Positions 57,446 to 64,000 of a stretch of 64,000 nt of DNA are shown here, in pieces. Source of the stretch: Octopus vulgaris (Eukaryota); assembly GCA_951406725.2 (NCBI GenBank), contig OX597819.1:12586001-12650000 (forward strand), given 5' to 3'. The notes beneath the pieces are model-generated. The model had not been told where the DNA came from. It ran no database searches and was given only the letters and a program-made list of their open reading frames with translations. Position 1 is the stretch's first letter. Each line of letters starts with the position of its first letter. A program made the position numbers and the translations under genes.

Positions 57446-58976
57446 TTGCTAACTTCTCTCAAACTGTCCAACCCATGCCAGCATGGAAAACAGACGTTAA
57501 AGGATGATGATGATGATGCTGTACTGTGTCTTTCAAACAGATACTGGCTTTGTTAACGACTATCATTTGTTACTGTGGTTGGTATTTAGCCCCAAATCAA
57601 TCCTGATTGATCAGAAAGATGGTTAAAAGGTTTCCACCCATCATCAAACCATATTTTTTATATTACAAACTAACTAATCCAATGAGTCCCTCCATCTTCA
57701 AGACAGTTGAATGTGATTTGAAGGAGATTTAGTTGCCGTTTCTAGCACATTAAACAATTTCCTCCCATTCATTTGTTGACTTCTTCTGTGTCTAGACAAT
57801 TTAGAGGAAGCAGTTTGAGATTCAAAGTCTAATACCTTTTCTGTTTCTGTGTCCAAGTCTTTATATGTGGAAAACATTTAAAAATATTTCTTTCCCTGAA
57901 AAATAATATGTAATGAAGAACTCTGCAGAGGTCTCCAGGGCATGGCTGTGTGGTTAAGAAGTTTACTGCCCTGTCACATAGCCTTTCAGGTTGCTACATT
58001 GGGCAAGTGCTTTCTACTATAACCATGGGCTAAATAAATCTCTGTAGGTGGATTTGGTAGATAGAAACTGAATGAAGCCCATTATGTGCATAGCACCCAT
58101 GTAAAGCGCTTGTGCTGGGACCATGTAAAAGTAGCTGTGCGAGTTCCACATAAAGAGCACCCAGTACACTTTGTGAAGTGGTTGGCATTAAGAAGAGCGT
58201 CTGGCCATAGAAAGCGTGCCAAAACAGACAATTGGAACCTGGCCAGCTCTCTCACCGGCCACCTCTCTCACCGGCCACCTCTCCCACCGGCCAGCTCTCC
58301 CAATTTTCTGTCCCCCTGTTCATACTCTCACCTCTCGTCACTTTGTACAAAGCCACCTCCCTCAATACTATTTCCCTCCTTGGTTGAGGGGATCTTGGAT
58401 TGCAAAAAGAGTGGGAGATGGAGGGGTGGTGGTGGAATGTAGTGAGTGGACACAAATAGAAGGAGGTGGGTGTTAGAAGGATATGCTGTAGAGGAAGAGA
58501 ATCAACAGGGACATATTGTGAAGGAAGAATGAGAGGAGGGGACTACAGTGAGTGGTGATCTTGGGTGGGGTGGGGGGAGGAGAGGTGTTAGGAAGATGGG
58601 TTGTTGTGGAGAGGTTTGTGAGGGACGGATTGTGTGCAAGGGCATGGACGTAAGTGAGATGCCTCTGTGGGTTCAATTTTACTTAGTTGGGTGGATCTTT
58701 TGAAGCACAGCAAATTGCCAATGATCCCGGTCCTTTGTGATTATCTTTGTGAGGCTCAATGTCTGAAGATCATTTCCTACTACTTTGTCACACATCTTCC
58801 CGGACCTTCCTCTTCCACAGGTGCCCTCCACACTTAAGATTGGCACTTATTTACTCAGCTGTCTTTATCCATATGCATCACATGACCATACCAGCACTGG
58901 CTTCTCTCTTGTATGCTACACAATTTTCCTCTCAACACATTTACCCTTTATTGTACAAGCATATATATATATACAT

Positions 58977-59023
<47 letters not shown>

Positions 59024-59130
59024 CATGTATATATATATACATGTATATATACATGTAGATGTAGGTACGTACATATATGTATGTATGTATTGCATATATT
59101 TTATTTATTACACTATTATATATATATATA

Positions 59131-59366
59131 TATATACTTTATTTAAAAGCAGCAGAAATATAACAAAAGCTATTACTCGGAGTTTCACGTTCCCCTTCGT
59201 CGGACAGTTTTGTTAAAATAGAACTGTCCGATGAACGGGAACGTGAAACTCCGAGTAACAGCTTTTGTCATATTTCTGCTGCTTTTAAATAAGGCATATA
59301 ACTCTACCTCTGGTATTTGAGTACTCTTTTTTCTACCTTGTTTCACATTTATGTGCTTACTCCAGT
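59131..59366. repeat. Penelope-like fold-back (80-bp arms) between (TA)n tracts
   Basis: 59131-59210 is the reverse complement of 59221-59300; the right arm continues to 59366. Confidence 0.9.
59224..59261 (+). ncRNA. Minimal type I hammerhead motif with CCGAUGA core
   Basis: ctgt-CCGATGA-acg-ggaa-cgt-GAAA-ctccgag-T-A-acag; GUA cleavage triplet. Confidence 0.55.
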
Positions 59367-59757
59367 ATATATATATATATATATATATATATCTTTAGCT
59401 AAATATATTCAATGAGAATATTATATACTGAATTTACAGTGTGTGCTCTATTGTATCAAAGTATTAATACTATTAAAGTATTTATACTATTAATACGAGC
59501 AATTATATATAATATATTGTGAAATAATATCAGGAAATTAATATCAGAAAAATTTTTCACAAAGATGTATACATGTGTAGAATGATTATTGTATTAGAAA
59601 TATAAATATACTTATATATATTTACATATATTTTCATATATATATATATTTATATTTTTAATACAATAATTATTCTACACATGTATATATTTTTCTGATA
59701 TTATTTCACAATATATATATTGTGTGTGTGTCATTTTTTTTTTTTTTTATTTTTTTT

Positions 59758-60153
59758 TTTTACTTGTTTCAGTCATATTGACTGCGGCCATGCTGGAGCA
59801 TCGCCTTTAATCGAGCAACTCAACCCCGGGACTTATTCTTTGTAAGCCCAGTACTTATTCTATCGGTCTCTTTTGCTGAACCGCTAAGTTACGGGGACAT
59901 AAACACACCAGCGTCAGTTGTCAAGCAATGCTAGGGGGACAAACACAGACACACAAATATACATGCACATACATATATATATATACATATATACGACGGG
60001 CTTCTTTCAGTTTCCGTCTACCAAATCCACTCACAAGGCTTTGGTCGGCCCGAGGCTATAGTAGAAGACACTTGCCCAATGTGCCACGCAGTGGGATTGA
60101 ACCCGGAAGCATGTGGTTGGTAAACAAGCTACTTACCACACAGCCACTCCTGC
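59758..60153 (-). mobile_element. SINE family B
   Basis: Near full-length copy. Confidence 0.88.
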
Positions 60154-62399
60154 CTTTCTTTTTCAAATTCATTTAACAAATAAAGAAAAATTTGGAAGAA
60201 TTACTTAAAAATATTCTTTTCCCCCCTAATATAAAAAGTTCTTATATAAAACTGTAATAGGTTTTAATTAAAACAGAAACACATTTAAAAATGAGTTTTA
60301 TATTATTGAGCTGGAGACAATCTCAAGTGTTTTGGTATAAAAAGGTTTAAACAAAAGCTAATCATTTGTATATTTTGTAAAGCCTGATGGTAAGTTAGAT
60401 TTTGCGATAAAATTCCAGCTGTGGGCGTTTAATAAGTGGTTAATGGAAATAAACCTCCGCATTCACATTATTTATTTATAAGATTAATTTGAGGCTGTAG
60501 CCATGTGAAGTAAAACCAAAGTGTTAATAATAACTGGAGTTTTCCTTTTTGTTTTTGGCTTGGCAATTGTTCCTCAATATCAGTGTAATATTATAATATT
60601 ATTTATTTAGCTGATTCTTCATGTTACCATATTGGATTTGATCAGCATCATTGTATTCTGTTGTTCTAGTGTCATGTTTCCTAATTGCTTCACAGCTGCT
60701 ATGCAGACTCTTTTCTACTTGGTCTGTTGCTTCTAATGCATTAGAATATGGCTCAGGTACATTATTTTGGCACTAATTATATTTTTGTGTTTCCATTATG
60801 TCTGAAGAGTAGTAGACTGTAACCCATGTTAGGGTTTTTGGCTGATTTACGTGGTTTTTATTTGAAACAATTTCTGGTGTGTAATGTTGGGAATTCTTGG
60901 AGTGTTGCTTGTAACGAGTGCAGATGTGATACGGCACTTACTTTCCTTCAATGTTACCAGATTGCCAGACCATGACCATGACCATCATCATCATCATTTA
61001 ATGTCCGCTTTTCCATGTTTGCTTGGGTTGTATGGTGTTTATCGGGGCAGCTTTTCTGTGCCCGGATAAAATGAATGACATTCACCCACAACAATTGTGC
61101 GATGCCAAGACTAGAAGACACACACACAATGAGCTTCTTTCAGTTAAGATTTCAACCATGCCACCACCCAAGCATATCACTGACTTAAAAAAGAAACGAC
61201 ACAATGGTCAATACACTCATAGATATACAAAACGTGTGATGGTCATGGCTAGAACACCTTTTGACCATAGGTCTGCTGGCTCTGGGTTAACCTTGCACTA
61301 GTCAGCATCAAGTAGGTCCACTGAGTTTTTGGAGTGGTGAATGAAAGTCCCAAGATATCATTAAGAAGACTGCAGGGAGTGATGCCCTTTGGAGCTTTCA
61401 GAAACTTAGCAATAAGGTCTCTTTCTCTCTCTCTCTCTCTATATATATATCTTAGTTTCTCCCCTCGTCTCTCTCTCTTTCTCTCTCTGCCATGCTGGCA
61501 TAGGCTGAACGATTTGACAAAATCTAGTTGGTTCAAAGACTGCATTGTGCTCCAGTGTCAGCTTTGGCATGCTTTCTATGGGCAATTGTCCTTCCTAATG
61601 CTAACCCCTTTAAAGAGTGCACCGGGTGCTTTGTTTGTGCCATCGGCATATGCAGCTTGCAAGACTATTAGCCCCCAAATGAAGGGGTCAGGTTTATGGT
61701 AGGGGATGAGGGATAAAAGTATGAGAGAAGTTGTTAGGCTCAGAGCAGGTTCTTGTAGAGGACCTGGATGGTTACTTGCATTTGGAAGAGAAAATAAGGA
61801 GTAAGAGCTGCAAAGAGGTGAATAGTGAAGATGAGGGTTCCAGGTTGCCCCCCTCAAGGCATGAGGTGAGCTGAAGTGGGTTTGCAAGATTGTACGGGGA
61901 GCAGAAGATGACAGATGAGGAGGCAGGAAACAACTATAAAGGCTGGATTGATTTGAAAAGTGGATGACCAATGAATCAGGAATTTGGGAAGATAGTGGAA
62001 TGCAGGAGAGGGAGGTGTGGTGGGGGGGAACAGCAGGATAGTAATGAAGATACGGTTACAAGGAGACGGAGAGGATAAGAGAGATGACGTGGTTGGGTAG
62101 ACTGCAGGAGGGGGGGGGGAGAGAGAGAAAGAGAGATGGGGGGGGGTGTTGTGCATGATGGAGATAATTTGACTCCCTGTGTGTGACACAATGTAATGTG
62201 ATAGTGGAGAGAACAATATTAGTGAATGAAGAATGGCTAACAAGTGGAATGGTACCAATAGCAGGAAAAATAAAGTGGTATCTAGGGAGAGCTGTGGGGA
62301 TAGAGATGATGGATGGAGGGGGGTGATGATATGTGGAGGGGGAAGAGGTAAGGTGCAGTATCCGTTTGGGCATATATATATATCCGTTCATGTCCATTG

Positions 62400-62667
62400 C
62401 CAGCCTGGCCTGGCCCCCGTGCCGGTGGCATGTAAAAGCACCATCCGTTCATGGCCGTTTGCCAGCTCCGTCTGGCACCTGTGCGGGTGGCATGTAAAAA
62501 GCACCCACTACACTCGCGGAGTGGTTGGCGTTAGGAAGGGCATCCAGCCGTAGAAACACTGCTAGATCAGACTGGGCCTGATGCAGCCTTCTGGCTTCAC
62601 AGACCCCAGTTGAACCGTCCAACCCATGCTAGCATGGAAAGCAGACGCTAAATGATGATGATGATGA
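62400..62667 (+). mobile_element. Family C element
   Basis: Tail homology and (GAT)n. Confidence 0.78.
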
Positions 62668-63149
62668 TATATATACACACACACACACACACAAAGTATT
62701 TCCAGAGCTCAGTTTTGCTTAAGTGAGTGGGTCTTCTCAAGAACCTCATATCACTAAACTTCCTGGTCCTTTGTTATCTTTTCTATGAGGCTCAACATCA
62801 TGAGGTCATTGTTCACCACTTCATCCTACGTCCTGGGTCTGTCCTTATGCCCTGAACAAAAAAAAAAGGGATGTCCAGTGACCATGATAATATATATCAC
62901 ACCTTTATTGATAGCAACAGTAACAACACCACTATCACCATCATCATCATCATTTCATTGTCCACTTTTTGATGCTTGCATGGGTTGGATGGATCTTGCA
63001 TGGCTTGATGCCCTTCCTCTCACCAGCCACCACCTGTTTCTAAATAAGGAAAACATTTCTTTATGGCCAGACATGTTTTCACTGGAAATTAGAAATGGAC
63101 ATGATTTGTGTGTTATTTACAACTATCATATAAAGTAAAGACAAGGAAA

Positions 63150-63375
63150 TACCTATTTCTTTACTACCCATAAGGGGCTAAACACAGAGGGGACAAACAA
63201 GGACAGACAGACAGATCAAGTCGATTACATCGACCCCAGTGGGTAACTGGTACTTAATTTATTGACCCCGAAAGGATGAAAGGCAAAGTCGACCTCGGCG
63301 GAATTTGAACTCATAACGTAACGGCAAACGAAATACAGCTACGCATTTCACCCGGCATGCTAACGACTCTGCCAA
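63150..63375 (-). mobile_element. SINE family D
   Basis: Reverse complement of 26334-26565. Confidence 0.8.
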
Positions 63376-63777
63376 CACGCACGCACGTGATGGGCTTCTT
63401 CAGTTTCTGTCTACCAAATCATTTTACCAGGCTTTGTTAGCTGGGGCTATAGTAGAAAACACTTGCTCAAGGTCACATGCAATGAGACTGAACCCATAGC
63501 CTTGTGGTTGTGAAGCCAACTCGTCAACCATACAGCCACATCTGTACCAATAACAATGATATTAATGAATTTGGAGAGAGAATATTAATCGATGAGATCA
63601 ATCCTAGAACTTGACTGATGTTTTGTTTTATTAGTCCCAGGAGGATGTAAGAAAAATATAACCTCAGTAGAATTTGAACTTAGTGATCTGGAATCAATAT
63701 TGCAACCCACTGATAACCCTGTTGATTCATTGAATAATAATAATAAAAATAATAATAATAGTATAATAATAATAATT

Positions 63778-64000
63778 GGGGAGCATCATGGCCATATGTT
63801 GAAAGGGATTCTTTGGGGTTTGAATAATTCACCTGTGGAAATATGGGTGTTTTGTTCAACATCCTTAAGCAACCCTTATTCAGGGACCTTTTTGAGCAGG
63901 ATGGGTTACTTGACCAGAAGAAAATTCTAACTGGGCTCCACCTGCTAGGTCATGTGCTGTTTATCTTGATATGAGATCACCATGTTGCGCACCTATGGTT
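63778..64000 (+). mobile_element. Family E (TAA)n-targeting element, truncated by the window end
   Basis: Follows (AAT)n; homologous to 11866-12090. Confidence 0.8.

Overview
Repeat-dense eukaryotic DNA, most likely from an octopus or other coleoid cephalopod (inferred from the SINE families and very high microsatellite load). The only host gene I can support is a spliced + strand STYXL1/MK-STYX orthologue (rhodanese domain plus a dual-specificity pseudophosphatase with motif AFSVLGISRS). It has eight phase-compatible GT-AG exons from 4337 to the stop at 37155; the first coding exon appears to lie upstream of the window. The rest is transposon-derived: several tRNA-derived SINE families, RTE and R4/Dong-like LINE fragments, Penelope-like GIY-YIG fragments, a Tc1 relic, mariner derivatives, nested TTAA MITEs and a non-autonomous Helitron. 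Almost all ORFs in the supplied track are microsatellite or repeat artefacts. The most notable signal is three unrelated fold-back, Penelope-like elements, each carrying a minimal type I hammerhead ribozyme motif with a different core: canonical CUGAUGA (in an element with a tRNA-like Pol III head), CCGAUGA, and GUGAACA (a compensatory G3-C8 swap). All structures were folded by eye, and repeat coordinates are approximate.
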